DNA of 38,547 bases from Nitrospiraceae bacterium (GTDB lineage: Bacteria > Nitrospirota > Nitrospiria > Nitrospirales > Nitrospiraceae). Below are positions 14,929 to 24,385 of the stretch, piece by piece. Made by a program: the position numbers and the translations under genes. Numbering within the stretch: position 1 is the stretch's first letter; every line of letters starts with the position of its first letter. The stretch is from positions 1 to 38,547 of the forward strand of contig JAICXS010000001.1 of assembly GCA_025934615.1 (NCBI GenBank), written 5' to 3'. The notes under the pieces are model-generated. The model was not told the origin of the DNA, searched no databases, and was given only the letters and a program-made list of their open reading frames with translations.

Positions 14929-15705
14929 ATGAGCGTCGGGATCTCCGCATCCACTCCGATCGGGCCGATCCTGGTCAAGGACCTGATTGCGAAGGCCTAT
15001 CTCATCGCCCATGTGCTGGGCAAAGGCGAATCGCTCTCGTTGGTCAAGGCGCTCGACGGCTTCGAATCGCTGAACGATCTCATCGAGCAGGCGACGATCT
15101 GCAAAACCTTTTCACCCTATCAGACGGAAATTGCGGTGCCGATGCAGACGGGGCAGCTCGTCTATACTGTCGGCCCCTCAACCGTCTCGCCGCCGCCCGA
15201 TGTCACGGCGATTCGACCGGTCGAAGTCCTTTCCGGTTATTCGCGCCGCATCGGGCAGGATCTCCCGGTGTTTATCACTCACGCCAAGCAAGATTACGAC
15301 TATATCCAAAATAAGAATTTGCACAGCCTCGGCTGGAACGGGCTTGTCTATTATCAAGCCACCTATCCCGCCGGGACCCTCTATGTCTATCCCATGCCGG
15401 GCGATACCCTCACGACGCTCCATCTGACCGTGCTCGCGAATATCGCGCCCTTTCTCTCATTGGAAGATGAGGTTTCGCTGCCCCCCGGCTATTACCAGTA
15501 TTTGAAATACGACCTCGCGAAACGGGTCTGCGCTGATCATGGACAGACCTTCGGGCCTGAGAATGCGGACATTTTAGACGGCTGCAAGGCGGCGCTCGAA
15601 GGGAACAATCTCAAGCCGTTTCCTGTGGCGGGGACCGGGATCGCGGGGCTGTCGAGCTGGACGACGGGCTACAACATTATCAGCGACAATATGAGGCCTT
15701 TCTAA
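14929..15705 (+). CDS. Head-to-tail adaptor, P22 gp4-like (by position and N-terminal pattern)
   Basis: 258 aa. ILVKDLIAKAYLIAHVLGKGESLSLVKALDGFESLNDLIEQ resembles the gp4 N-terminal helices (from memory). It precedes the gp10-like gene. Confidence 0.55.
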   Translation: MSVGISASTPIGPILVKDLIAKAYLIAHVLGKGESLSLVKALDGFESLNDLIEQATICKTFSPYQTEIAVPMQTGQLVYTVGPSTVSPPPDVTAIRPVEVLSGYSRRIGQDLPVFITHAKQDYDYIQNKNLHSLGWNGLVYYQATYPAGTLYVYPMPGDTLTTLHLTVLANIAPFLSLEDEVSLPPGYYQYLKYDLAKRVCADHGQTFGPENADILDGCKAALEGNNLKPFPVAGTGIAGLSSWTTGYNIISDNMRPF

Positions 15706-17150
15706 TGCCCAGGACCGCCATTCCCATCTTTGGCCTCGGCAATCCGGCGCGGTCGCCCTTTATTTCGACCGTCGATCGCCTCAACTGCATCGTCGAGCCG
15801 TCCGACAATGGACGGCAACCGACCGCCTTGCTGGGACTGCCGGGGCTCGTGCGGCAAGCCACATTAGGCGTCTATCCGATTCGCGGGCTCTTTCTGAAAA
15901 AGGGAGACCTCTCCTTCTACGTCGCGGTCGGGAATCTCATCTCGCTCATTCAACCGAACGGCGTGATTCGCACCATTGCGACACTCACCACTGATAGCGG
16001 ACCGGTCTGGATGGATGAAAACGGCACGCAGCTCGGGATCAATGACGGCTCGACGTTCCAGGTCTATACCTACGCCACCGGCACGACGCAGATGGTCACG
16101 GATATTGATTATCAGACCGGAGCGCGGGGATGCACCTTTCTAGAGGGACGCTTTTGGGTGTATTTGACGACGGGGGTGAATGCCGGGAAATGCTATGCCT
16201 CGGACCAATATAACGGCCTCTCCTGGGATGCCCTCAACTTCATCACTCCTGCGGCGCGACCGACCGGCATTACGGGGATTGATCGCTGGTATGCCGATCT
16301 CGTGATTCGTGGACAAGGCTCCATTGAATGGTGGAGCGGGAATAACTCGCAAGTCTCCGGGGCGCTCGGGTTTCAACCCTCCTCACCCGCCAATACAGAA
16401 GTCGGCTCCCTCTCGGAGCGAGGGAGCGCCAAGGTGGGACAGCAATTCTTCTTTGTGGGCGGATCCGGGGGCACCTCGGGCGTCTATGAAATGTCCGGGT
16501 ATCAAATTACCAAAGTCTCGACCCCGGCGGTCGATGTGGCCCTGTCCCAGCGGCAAATTGCCACGGCCATCTGCACCGGATATGTCGTCTATGACCACAG
16601 CCTCTTTCAAATTACCATTCCAGCACAGAGTAGTGATGAGGCGCTGACCCTCATCTATGACGCCACGACAGGCCTCTGGTCAAGCCGATCCAGCGCCGGA
16701 CTCCCGTACTACCGCGGTCTATTGGCCGTGAACAATAGCAGCACGGTGTTCATTACCGATGCGTTCACGGGGAGCCTCTATCGGATGGATGAACAGACCT
16801 ATGACGAAGACGGGCAGATCATGGAATACCAGCTGACCAGCTCGCATATGTTGAAAGAGGGCGATGGATTCGCCGTCGATGGATTTCAGGTCGATATGGA
16901 AACCGGGCTCGGGAATCCCATGCCGCCCGGCGATGATCCGCACGGCATGCTGCAAGTCTCGAAAGACGGCGGCCATACGTGGTGCATGGAGCGGTCCGTC
17001 TCCCTGGGGAAAATGGGCACCTATACGACGCGCGCCCAAGAATATCAGTTCGGCTGGGCACGCGATTGGGCCTTTCGCTTCAGCATTACCGATCCGATTC
17101 CGCGTCGCGTCACCGGGGCCTATCTCCTCTTACAGCCGGGGTATGCATGA
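15705..17150 (+). CDS. Tail hub / packaged-DNA stabilisation protein, P22 gp10-like
   Basis: 481 aa (P22 gp10 is about 472 aa). GSIEWWSGNN compares with P22 STIEYFSLTG. The C-terminal pattern is similar and the synteny matches. Confidence 0.75.
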   Translation: MPRTAIPIFGLGNPARSPFISTVDRLNCIVEPSDNGRQPTALLGLPGLVRQATLGVYPIRGLFLKKGDLSFYVAVGNLISLIQPNGVIRTIATLTTDSGPVWMDENGTQLGINDGSTFQVYTYATGTTQMVTDIDYQTGARGCTFLEGRFWVYLTTGVNAGKCYASDQYNGLSWDALNFITPAARPTGITGIDRWYADLVIRGQGSIEWWSGNNSQVSGALGFQPSSPANTEVGSLSERGSAKVGQQFFFVGGSGGTSGVYEMSGYQITKVSTPAVDVALSQRQIATAICTGYVVYDHSLFQITIPAQSSDEALTLIYDATTGLWSSRSSAGLPYYRGLLAVNNSSTVFITDAFTGSLYRMDEQTYDEDGQIMEYQLTSSHMLKEGDGFAVDGFQVDMETGLGNPMPPGDDPHGMLQVSKDGGHTWCMERSVSLGKMGTYTTRAQEYQFGWARDWAFRFSITDPIPRRVTGAYLLLQPGYA

Positions 17151-17395
17151 TCACGATTCAGAATGCTCCCACGCGCGAACCGCTCATGAAGGCGCATCAG
17201 AACTCGCCCATCTGGATACTCTGGTTCGGCAAGCTCGTCACGGCCTTGAATAGCTTGACGGCCTCAGGGACCACCGCGCAACGTCCGAATCCGGCCCCCT
17301 TCATCGGTTTCATGTACTTCGATACGACCGTGAATCGTCCCATTTGGGCCAAGACCACCACCCAATACGTATATTCAGATGGGAGCGCTGCATGA
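17147..17395 (+). CDS. Small tail-associated protein (82 aa) with GTTAQRP...YFDTTVNRPIW motif
   Basis: ATGA overlap. The motif G-T-x-x-RP...YFDTT-x-x-PIW recurs in phage fibre and spike proteins (from memory). Confidence 0.5.
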   Translation: MITIQNAPTREPLMKAHQNSPIWILWFGKLVTALNSLTASGTTAQRPNPAPFIGFMYFDTTVNRPIWAKTTTQYVYSDGSAA

Positions 17396-17742
17396 CCTAT
17401 CCCCTTCCCACGCCGACGCATCGCCTGGCGGACCTGCCGATCCAACAGATCGTCGAAGCCGGGGGCTTCTATCTGCGGTCCTATCTGCTCAAGGAGTCCG
17501 GGACCATTATCCCGCAACATGTGCATGACCATGATCATGTCACGTTGGTCGGCAGTGGACGGGTCCGAGGCTGGCAAGATGGGATCTGCATCGGCGAACG
17601 AGGACCGGGAGAGGTGTTCGAGATTCCCTCCGGGACGGCGCACGTCTTTCAATCCTTGGAGCCGTACACGCTCCTGTGCTGTGTGCACAATATAGATAGT
17701 GCGCTGAGTGTGAAACGGAAGGAGGCAATCCCATGCCGATGA
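17392..17742 (+). CDS. Cupin-domain protein (116 aa)
   Basis: PQHVHDHDHVTLVGSG (motif 1-like HxH) and GEVFEIPSGTAHVF (motif 2-like PxGxxH). ATGA overlap. Confidence 0.6.
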   Translation: MTYPLPTPTHRLADLPIQQIVEAGGFYLRSYLLKESGTIIPQHVHDHDHVTLVGSGRVRGWQDGICIGERGPGEVFEIPSGTAHVFQSLEPYTLLCCVHNIDSALSVKRKEAIPCR

Positions 17743-18437
17743 TGATTGCGGCAGCGATGGGCGGGGCCTCCATGGGAATGGGGGCGCTCGGCTCGATGTT
17801 CGGCTCCGATTCCTCGAAGAAGCAGCTCGCGCTCATGCAGCAAGCGCTGCAATACCAGAAGGATGTCAATAGCCGCACCTATAATGATCTGTCGCCCTAT
17901 CGAGATTTCGGCAAGACGCAGCTCAACTCGCTGACGGATTTCCTCAACACCAAAGACCCCAGTAACTATATCGATCCGGGCTATCAGTTCCGACTGAACG
18001 CCGGTACGAATGCCATCGATAATAATGCGGCCACCTCCGGCATGTTGCAGAGCGGCGATACGCTCCGAGCCTTGACCGAATATGGGCAGGACATGGGGAG
18101 CCAGGAATACAACAACGCCTTTAACCGCTATCTCGGGCAAGGCAACTTCCTCCAAGGCCTCACGGGCATTGGGCAGAACGCCGCCACGACCGGCGGCGAG
18201 CTCGCCAATCAAGGCGCATCCAATGTGGCGAACATTTCGGAGAACACGGATGCCGGAGGCCCCGAGCGCGTCTGGGCGAATTATTTATCCGGCATGGGCG
18301 GCCTGCTCGGAAGCGGGGCCGGGCAGATGATGGGCTCGAAACCAAGCGGCCCATCGTCCAATGCCTTCAGCAATATTTTTCAGCCGCAGCAAAGCCAAGC
18401 GGAGATTCCGAACTGGATGGGAATTTACGGCGAATGA
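17733..18437 (+). CDS. Putative internal virion/ejection protein (234 aa), Gly/Met-rich N-terminus
   Basis: SD AAGGAGG upstream. Its position matches the P22 gp7/gp20/gp16 block. Gly/Gln/Asn-rich composition. Confidence 0.5.
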   Translation: MPMMIAAAMGGASMGMGALGSMFGSDSSKKQLALMQQALQYQKDVNSRTYNDLSPYRDFGKTQLNSLTDFLNTKDPSNYIDPGYQFRLNAGTNAIDNNAATSGMLQSGDTLRALTEYGQDMGSQEYNNAFNRYLGQGNFLQGLTGIGQNAATTGGELANQGASNVANISENTDAGGPERVWANYLSGMGGLLGSGAGQMMGSKPSGPSSNAFSNIFQPQQSQAEIPNWMGIYGE

Positions 18438-20167
18438 ACGTGGACTTTAATCCATGGGATTCGTTCGGGAAGGGCATGCAGATCGGCAATGCCTTCTTTG
18501 AGAATGCCGATCTCGCTCGGAAACAGATGATTGCCGAGAAGGAACGGGCCGCGCTCTCGCAGATGGGCCAAGGCAATAAGCTGATGGGGCTTGAGAATAC
18601 TCCCAAGGCGACGCGCCCGGCGTGGCTGCAAGCGCTCTATCAGGATCATCCCGAGGCGGCGATGAAAGCGGAGCAATATGTGGCCGCGCCGTTCACTGAA
18701 CAGCGCAAGGCCAAGCAAGCCGAAGCATCCCAACTGGCCATGCTGCAAGCCAAGGGTAATGCTTTTGCGCAAGCGGTGCGAGCGATGGGAGGAGAAGGCG
18801 AAGGGCCCCCCGCTCAACCCGCCATCGCGCAGCCGATCAACGCCTTCGCCACGCAGATGAACGGAGAGCCCTCCTCCGTCGGACTCGTCTCTGAAGGCGG
18901 AGTGGCTGTTCCCGGCGGACCCACCCTTGAGAATCCAGCAGGCCGAGGGTCAACCCAGAATCTCTTATCCGGGAAAAATCTCGACACGGCCTCACGCATG
19001 AAGAAGACGCGCCGCGTGTCCTTCGAGCATGGGCCCTCCGTCGAATATGAAGAAATGCCCGAATTGCAGGCGGAACAGATGCGGACGGAGGCCGCGCAAA
19101 AGGGCCGTCAGATGGAGCTGAATGCGCAGAAAACGGCGGATGATCTGCGCGTCTCCGCCGATACCACCAGGAGACAGGCGGACGAACAAGTCTACGGCCT
19201 TCAGCGAGAACTCACAGAAGTGAAGAAGTCGATGACCGGATCAGGGATTATTCCACGCGATGCGATCGCGCGGATCAATGAACTGAATGACGAGCTGAAG
19301 GCCGCGAAGGCGCGACGCGACAGCCTCTATTTTGGGAAGGATGCCCCGGCTCCTGAGTCGGCCCAGTTGACGCCACAGGAGCAGGCGAAAGCCGCTGCCG
19401 TGCGAGCGGGGAAAGGACAGTCCGCCAGACCATCGCCACCCGCCGCATCCCCCCTAGACGACCACGCGCCGGAGTCGATCGGGGCCGGACTGCCCTATCA
19501 ACAGCAAGTGGAGGCGCAGAAAGAAAAGCTGAAGGGGGATCTCACGCAGACCAGGACGATCCTTGATGCCGCGCATGCCTCGGCCAATTCCGCCTTGCAG
19601 AATAAGCCCGCGACCGACCGAATCATGGAACTCTTACAGAAGAACGACCTCGGCAGCCGGACGTTGAAGCTGCCCGGCGCGACGACTGCCGCGACGATTC
19701 TCAGCGGGAACTATGACGAACTGAATAAGTGGAGGAATTCCCTCATCCTGCAAGAGAAGGCTGAGGGAGAATCGCAGCTCTACAATACTCTGCCGGAACT
19801 CAAGATTCATTCCGAATCGCTGCCCGCTGTCGATAACGATGAAAACACGAACCGACGCGCCATTGTGCCGGTCAAGAATCTCATGGAAGCCCGACTCGTC
19901 GCGCCGAAATTCTTGGAGGACTGGGCCAAGCAGCACGGCGGCACGCTCGACGGGGCCCGCCAAGAGTTCCGCTCCTGGATGCAACACAACCCCCTGTATC
20001 AGGCGGCGGAAAAGAATGGGGCCGTGAGCATTCACGAAAACACGCAGTACATCCCCTTGGAGGCCTGGACCCGACTCCGACAGCGGTTCAGCGAGAAGGA
20101 CATTCTGGCGAAGCAGAAAAGCGGCGGGATTCAAGTCATTAGTGGGCGCGTGTTCTTTAAGGAATGA
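18434..20167 (+). CDS. Putative internal virion/ejection protein (577 aa), coiled-coil rich
   Basis: ATGA overlap. Position and composition only. Confidence 0.5.
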   Translation: MNVDFNPWDSFGKGMQIGNAFFENADLARKQMIAEKERAALSQMGQGNKLMGLENTPKATRPAWLQALYQDHPEAAMKAEQYVAAPFTEQRKAKQAEASQLAMLQAKGNAFAQAVRAMGGEGEGPPAQPAIAQPINAFATQMNGEPSSVGLVSEGGVAVPGGPTLENPAGRGSTQNLLSGKNLDTASRMKKTRRVSFEHGPSVEYEEMPELQAEQMRTEAAQKGRQMELNAQKTADDLRVSADTTRRQADEQVYGLQRELTEVKKSMTGSGIIPRDAIARINELNDELKAAKARRDSLYFGKDAPAPESAQLTPQEQAKAAAVRAGKGQSARPSPPAASPLDDHAPESIGAGLPYQQQVEAQKEKLKGDLTQTRTILDAAHASANSALQNKPATDRIMELLQKNDLGSRTLKLPGATTAATILSGNYDELNKWRNSLILQEKAEGESQLYNTLPELKIHSESLPAVDNDENTNRRAIVPVKNLMEARLVAPKFLEDWAKQHGGTLDGARQEFRSWMQHNPLYQAAEKNGAVSIHENTQYIPLEAWTRLRQRFSEKDILAKQKSGGIQVISGRVFFKE

Positions 20168-21831
20168 CCATGGCCTGGATCGATTCAGAAACCGGCAGAC
20201 CCTACACCGAGAAAGAGCTCGCCGGTATGCGGACCACTGCGCCGGAACCTGATCAGACAGACCTCCCTCAAGAACACCAGACATCTGTGCAGCCCAAGCA
20301 GCCAGGCACCGATCTGGAGAATTTCGGCAGCGGGGCTGTAGCGTCGCTCAAGAAAACCTATCTCGGCTTGAAGCAGGTCGGCACCTATTTGACCGGGAAT
20401 CCAGAAGCCAGACAGGCCGTCAATGACGAAATCACACGCATGGAAAAAGAATATGGGCCGATCCTCGACACCAAGGCCGGGAAGGCCGGGGAACTTGTCG
20501 GCACGGTCGGGCAATTCCTCGTGCCGGGCAGTATGGCGGCGCGAGTCGGGAAAGCGATTCCCGCGACGGCAGAAGCCGCAGCCAAGATCGTTGGCAAGGC
20601 AGGCGGCGTGCGCCGCGCCGCGACCACGGCAGGTGCGTTTGAAGGGGCGCAGCCGATTACGCCGGGAAACACCCGCACTGAGGATCTGCTCATTCAGAAG
20701 GGGGCTCGTGCTCTCGCAGGCACAGCCGCAGGCGGAGGAGTCGGTGCGGTCGCCAGCCGTATGACACGGGCCGCCGTGCCGCAAGCGCCAGAATTGACAG
20801 GGATTGAACGAGAGGCGGAACGGATCGGATTGACCGGGGATGCGGCACTGACAGCGGCCCAGCGCACCGGAGATCGAGATCTCCTCCAGTATGAGGAGGG
20901 CCTCCTGGCTTCTCCAGGATCACAAAATCTCATCAAGGCCAGACGAAATGCACAGCACGACAAGCTCAATAGGTCCGCCTCGACAGCCATGGGCTATCCG
21001 AATCATGCTCCGACCGAGGCCGTTTTCGGGGCCGCGAAGGAGAATGTTGATCTGGCCTATGAACCGATTTCGAAGATCGACAAATTACGCACGGACGTTC
21101 CGTATTTTGACGATCTCGGCACGTTTATCAAAAAAACGAAATCGAAGGATGCCGCCTCGCTTGCGAAAGTCATCAAAAAAGATGGCTCGCTCAGCGGGGA
21201 TGCGTTTCTCGAAACCTTGCAAGACGTGCGAGACTTTGGCTTCCATGCGTCCCATCAAGGAGACCGCTATACGGCCCGGCAATATAAGAAGCTGGGCACC
21301 ATTATGGAGGACTTTCTCGACCGACGACTCGCAGACTTATCCAAGCAACCAGGCAATCTGATTACGACCGACACAATGAAGGAATTTAGAAACGCCAGGA
21401 CGCAACGATCCGTCATTCATGAATTAGAGAAATCGACCGATCCCGTCCTCGGAACAGTTAACCCGAACAAGGTGCTCAAGTCCCAATTTGCTCGTCAAGG
21501 CTATGGGGCCGCTCCCTCGCCCACCACGCACGCCTTGAAGGAGGTGGCCGATATTTCCCGCGTAATGCGCAAGACGATGCCCTATATCGGATCATCGGGG
21601 ACGGCGGAACGCCTCGGCGGGATGCGCATGGTCCAGGCGGACATGAATCCGCTGGAGAAAGCAAAAATGGCAGTGCCGATGGTGAAGAACTATCTGGCCG
21701 CGAAACGCTATCTCGCGCATGGCGGAGAACCGGGCGTCTTCGGATCACGCTTCACACCGGCGCAAAATGCGTTCATTCGGCGGATGCTTCCGCCGGAAGT
21801 CATCGGCACCGGGGAGGCGGCGGCAGACTAA
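20164..21831 (+). CDS. Putative internal virion/ejection protein (555 aa)
   Basis: ATGA overlap. Position only. Confidence 0.45.
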   Translation: MTMAWIDSETGRPYTEKELAGMRTTAPEPDQTDLPQEHQTSVQPKQPGTDLENFGSGAVASLKKTYLGLKQVGTYLTGNPEARQAVNDEITRMEKEYGPILDTKAGKAGELVGTVGQFLVPGSMAARVGKAIPATAEAAAKIVGKAGGVRRAATTAGAFEGAQPITPGNTRTEDLLIQKGARALAGTAAGGGVGAVASRMTRAAVPQAPELTGIEREAERIGLTGDAALTAAQRTGDRDLLQYEEGLLASPGSQNLIKARRNAQHDKLNRSASTAMGYPNHAPTEAVFGAAKENVDLAYEPISKIDKLRTDVPYFDDLGTFIKKTKSKDAASLAKVIKKDGSLSGDAFLETLQDVRDFGFHASHQGDRYTARQYKKLGTIMEDFLDRRLADLSKQPGNLITTDTMKEFRNARTQRSVIHELEKSTDPVLGTVNPNKVLKSQFARQGYGAAPSPTTHALKEVADISRVMRKTMPYIGSSGTAERLGGMRMVQADMNPLEKAKMAVPMVKNYLAAKRYLAHGGEPGVFGSRFTPAQNAFIRRMLPPEVIGTGEAAAD

Positions 21832-22700
21832 TGGGGATTCAAATTGCTCCCTTTGGGAATCAACAGTTTTTTCAGAATAACGGCCAAGTGGCGGCAGGCT
21901 ATCAACTATTCGTCTATACCGGACGGAGCAACACGAAGGCGACCGTCTATACCGATAAGAATGGCGTCGGGCGGCACACCAACCCGATTCTCCTCGATAC
22001 GTCAGGGCTGCCGCCGTTTCCCATCTATATCGATACGTCAAAATCGTACAAGTTTCTCCTGGCCTTCCCGATCGACGACGACCCGCCGACCTTGCCGATC
22101 TACCTCGTCGATAACGTCACGATTGGGGCGGAAACGCCGACGATCTCCACGCCGGAATGGTCCACGGGTCCCACGCCGACCTATGTCGGCATTACGCAAT
22201 TTTCCTTGGTCGGCGATCAAACCGTCTTATTCCCGGTCGGTCGGCGCGTCAAAGCCCTCATTAATTCCGGCAATCTCTATGGCACGATCTCGGCGGTCGT
22301 CTATGCCTCCGTGACGACCGTCACGGTGCTGTGGGATAGCGGCGCACTCGATAACACGCTGTCCTCGGTCTGGTACAGCTTTCTGAATTCGCAAGGCAGC
22401 TCCTGGCCGGGGGGGTACACGAACGGCCTCACCACGCTCTTTGCGGGTCCGGTCTCCATTCCCGTCACGTCGTCATTCAACTTGATCCAAGCCGGTTCGA
22501 TCTTCGCGTTTGCGGCGACCTCGACGCCTCCCTCCGGCTATCTGCAATGTAACGGCGCGGCGATCAGTCGGACGCAATTCAGCACGCTCTTCGGGGCCAT
22601 TGGCACGACCTATGGGGCCGGAGACGGATCGAGTACCTTCAATCTGCCCAGCATCGCGAATCTGGTGTCGAACGTCGGGTACATCATTCGGTACGCATGA
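21831..22700 (+). CDS. Tail fibre protein 1, ending in a truncated phage tail-collar box
   Basis: N-terminus GYQLFVYTGRSNTKATVYTDKNG...NPILLDTSG (common fibre/spike N-terminal pattern). C-terminus GYLQCNGAAISRTQFSTLFGAIGTTYGAGDGSSTFNLP (Collar, PF07484-like). Confidence 0.75.
   Translation: MGIQIAPFGNQQFFQNNGQVAAGYQLFVYTGRSNTKATVYTDKNGVGRHTNPILLDTSGLPPFPIYIDTSKSYKFLLAFPIDDDPPTLPIYLVDNVTIGAETPTISTPEWSTGPTPTYVGITQFSLVGDQTVLFPVGRRVKALINSGNLYGTISAVVYASVTTVTVLWDSGALDNTLSSVWYSFLNSQGSSWPGGYTNGLTTLFAGPVSIPVTSSFNLIQAGSIFAFAATSTPPSGYLQCNGAAISRTQFSTLFGAIGTTYGAGDGSSTFNLPSIANLVSNVGYIIRYA
22542..22601 (+). repeat. 60-bp exact direct repeat (collar box), copy 1
   Basis: Identical to 23636-23695. A third, diverged copy lies near 24061-24118. 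Confidence 0.95.
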
Positions 22701-23794
22701 GCACGATTACCATCACCGAAGACGGACTCCTTAATGTGAACTATCCGGCGCAGCCGGATGAATCCCATACGCTCGCGGCGCTCTCCGGCGGGAAATGGAC
22801 GATTCTCGGGAGCGGCACGACCGGCGCACTCACCGTGACGGACGGCGCATCCGGCGTCATTGATGACTGGATTCTCGTCGATCCTGCCGGGATTCCCTGG
22901 CAACCCAGTTTGAGCGATGACGGGATTTTGTCCCTCTCCAGTTTCGACAAGACCATCGTCATTGCGCCGGGCATCAATACCGTGCTGCTCGTCAACGGAC
23001 TCCCGGCGGTCGGCGCTCAAATTTTCGCCTATCAGGCGGGAACGAGTATTCCGGCCACGCTCTACCAAAACGGAGAGACCATTTCCATTCTGAGCCAACC
23101 GATTCTGGTCAACGACTTCGGCCTGCCGACCGATCCGATCTTTGTGCAAGTCGGATTGGCCTATGATTTTTTCATTGTTCCGCCGGGGGGAGGCAATCCT
23201 TTTCGGGCCCGTCCCGCTGTCGTGGGCGGCGTGCCGGTGAATCTTCCGACGGCGACGGAATGGTCGGGTGGCTCCTATTATGCGAGCTTTGTTGATGCCG
23301 CCTCGGTGCAGGTCTCCGGGGATGTGCGCGGCATTTTTGTGCCGGGTCGCCGCGTCAAAGTCTATCCCTATCCGCTCACGGGTCTCGTCCTGTCGTCCTC
23401 CTATGATGGACAAAATACCACCATTGTGACGACGATGGATGCCGGATCGATCGACAATTCGGTCGTCTCCATCGCCGCAGCCACCCTAACGCCTAATGCC
23501 GGACCGATGCCCGCGCGTCGGCATATCGGGATCTCGACCTATCTCACCGGCAATCTCACGATTCCGATAGCGAGCGGCCTCAATCTCGTGCCGGTGGGTC
23601 TCATCATGCTGCGGTCGTCTGGGTTTTCCGGATGGCTGCAATGTAACGGCGCGGCGATCAGTCGGACGCAATTCAGCACGCTCTTCGGGGCCATTACGAC
23701 CGTCTTCGGGGCCGGAGACGGGAGTACGACGTTTAACGTGCCGACGATTGCCGATTCCGGGGCTTCGCATTATTGGATCTATGCGGAAGGATAA
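22697..23794 (+). CDS. Tail fibre protein 2, ending in a truncated tail-collar box
   Basis: GAQIFAYQAGTSIPATLYQNGE...QPILVNDFG, then GWLQCNGAAISRTQFSTLFGAITTVFGAGDGSTTFNVP. Confidence 0.75.
   Translation: MSTITITEDGLLNVNYPAQPDESHTLAALSGGKWTILGSGTTGALTVTDGASGVIDDWILVDPAGIPWQPSLSDDGILSLSSFDKTIVIAPGINTVLLVNGLPAVGAQIFAYQAGTSIPATLYQNGETISILSQPILVNDFGLPTDPIFVQVGLAYDFFIVPPGGGNPFRARPAVVGGVPVNLPTATEWSGGSYYASFVDAASVQVSGDVRGIFVPGRRVKVYPYPLTGLVLSSSYDGQNTTIVTTMDAGSIDNSVVSIAAATLTPNAGPMPARRHIGISTYLTGNLTIPIASGLNLVPVGLIMLRSSGFSGWLQCNGAAISRTQFSTLFGAITTVFGAGDGSTTFNVPTIADSGASHYWIYAEG
23636..23695 (+). repeat. 60-bp exact direct repeat (collar box), copy 2
   Basis: Identical to 22542-22601. Confidence 0.95.
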
Positions 23795-23797
23795 GCC

Positions 23798-24385
23798 ATG
23801 GCGACGAAAACACAGGTCAATACCGACTCCACGCAGACCCTCACGAATAAGACGCTGACGGCTCCCATCATCAATGGGGGCACCTGCGGGGCCGATCCGA
23901 CCCTGGGGCTCGGCGTGGCGACGAAGCAGTATGTCGATGGGTTGCTCTCCTCGATCCTGCCGCCGGGCGTGATGTTTCCCTATGGCGGCGCATCGGCCCC
24001 GACCGGCTTTCTCGTCTGTGATGGGTCCGCCGTCTCGCGCGTCGCCTTCTCCCTGCTCTTTTCGGCCATTGGATCGACCTATGGAGCCGGAGACGGATCG
24101 AGCACCTTCAATCTTCCCGATAAGCGTGGGAGAACCTCGATTGGGTCGGGAACCGGGAGCGGACTGACGAACCGCACGCGCGGCACGAAGCTCGGCGATG
24201 AAACCGAAATCGCGCCCTTACCGGCCCATAGCCACGGCAACGGAGCCGTGGCCTATTCCGGAGGGGCCCAAGGCGGAAGCGCCTCCATTGTGAACGTCAC
24301 CAATACCGCAGTCGCCGGGAGCGGCAACGGCTCGCATAACAATATGCAGCCGTCTGAAGTGGATCTCTGGATCATTAAGACATGA
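23798..24385 (+). CDS. Tail-collar domain fibre protein 3 (complete collar domain)
   Basis: GFLVCDGSAVSRVAFSLLFSAIGSTYGAGDGSSTFNLPDKRGR...LPAHSHG...HNNMQP. Confidence 0.8.
   Translation: MATKTQVNTDSTQTLTNKTLTAPIINGGTCGADPTLGLGVATKQYVDGLLSSILPPGVMFPYGGASAPTGFLVCDGSAVSRVAFSLLFSAIGSTYGAGDGSSTFNLPDKRGRTSIGSGTGSGLTNRTRGTKLGDETEIAPLPAHSHGNGAVAYSGGAQGGSASIVNVTNTAVAGSGNGSHNNMQPSEVDLWIIKT

Noticed and set aside
22542-23695. A diversity-generating retroelement (template/variable repeat pair) in the fibre genes.
   Set aside because: No reverse transcriptase ORF exists in the genome. The two 60-bp copies are identical rather than differing at adenines, and both lie in conserved collar-box codons.
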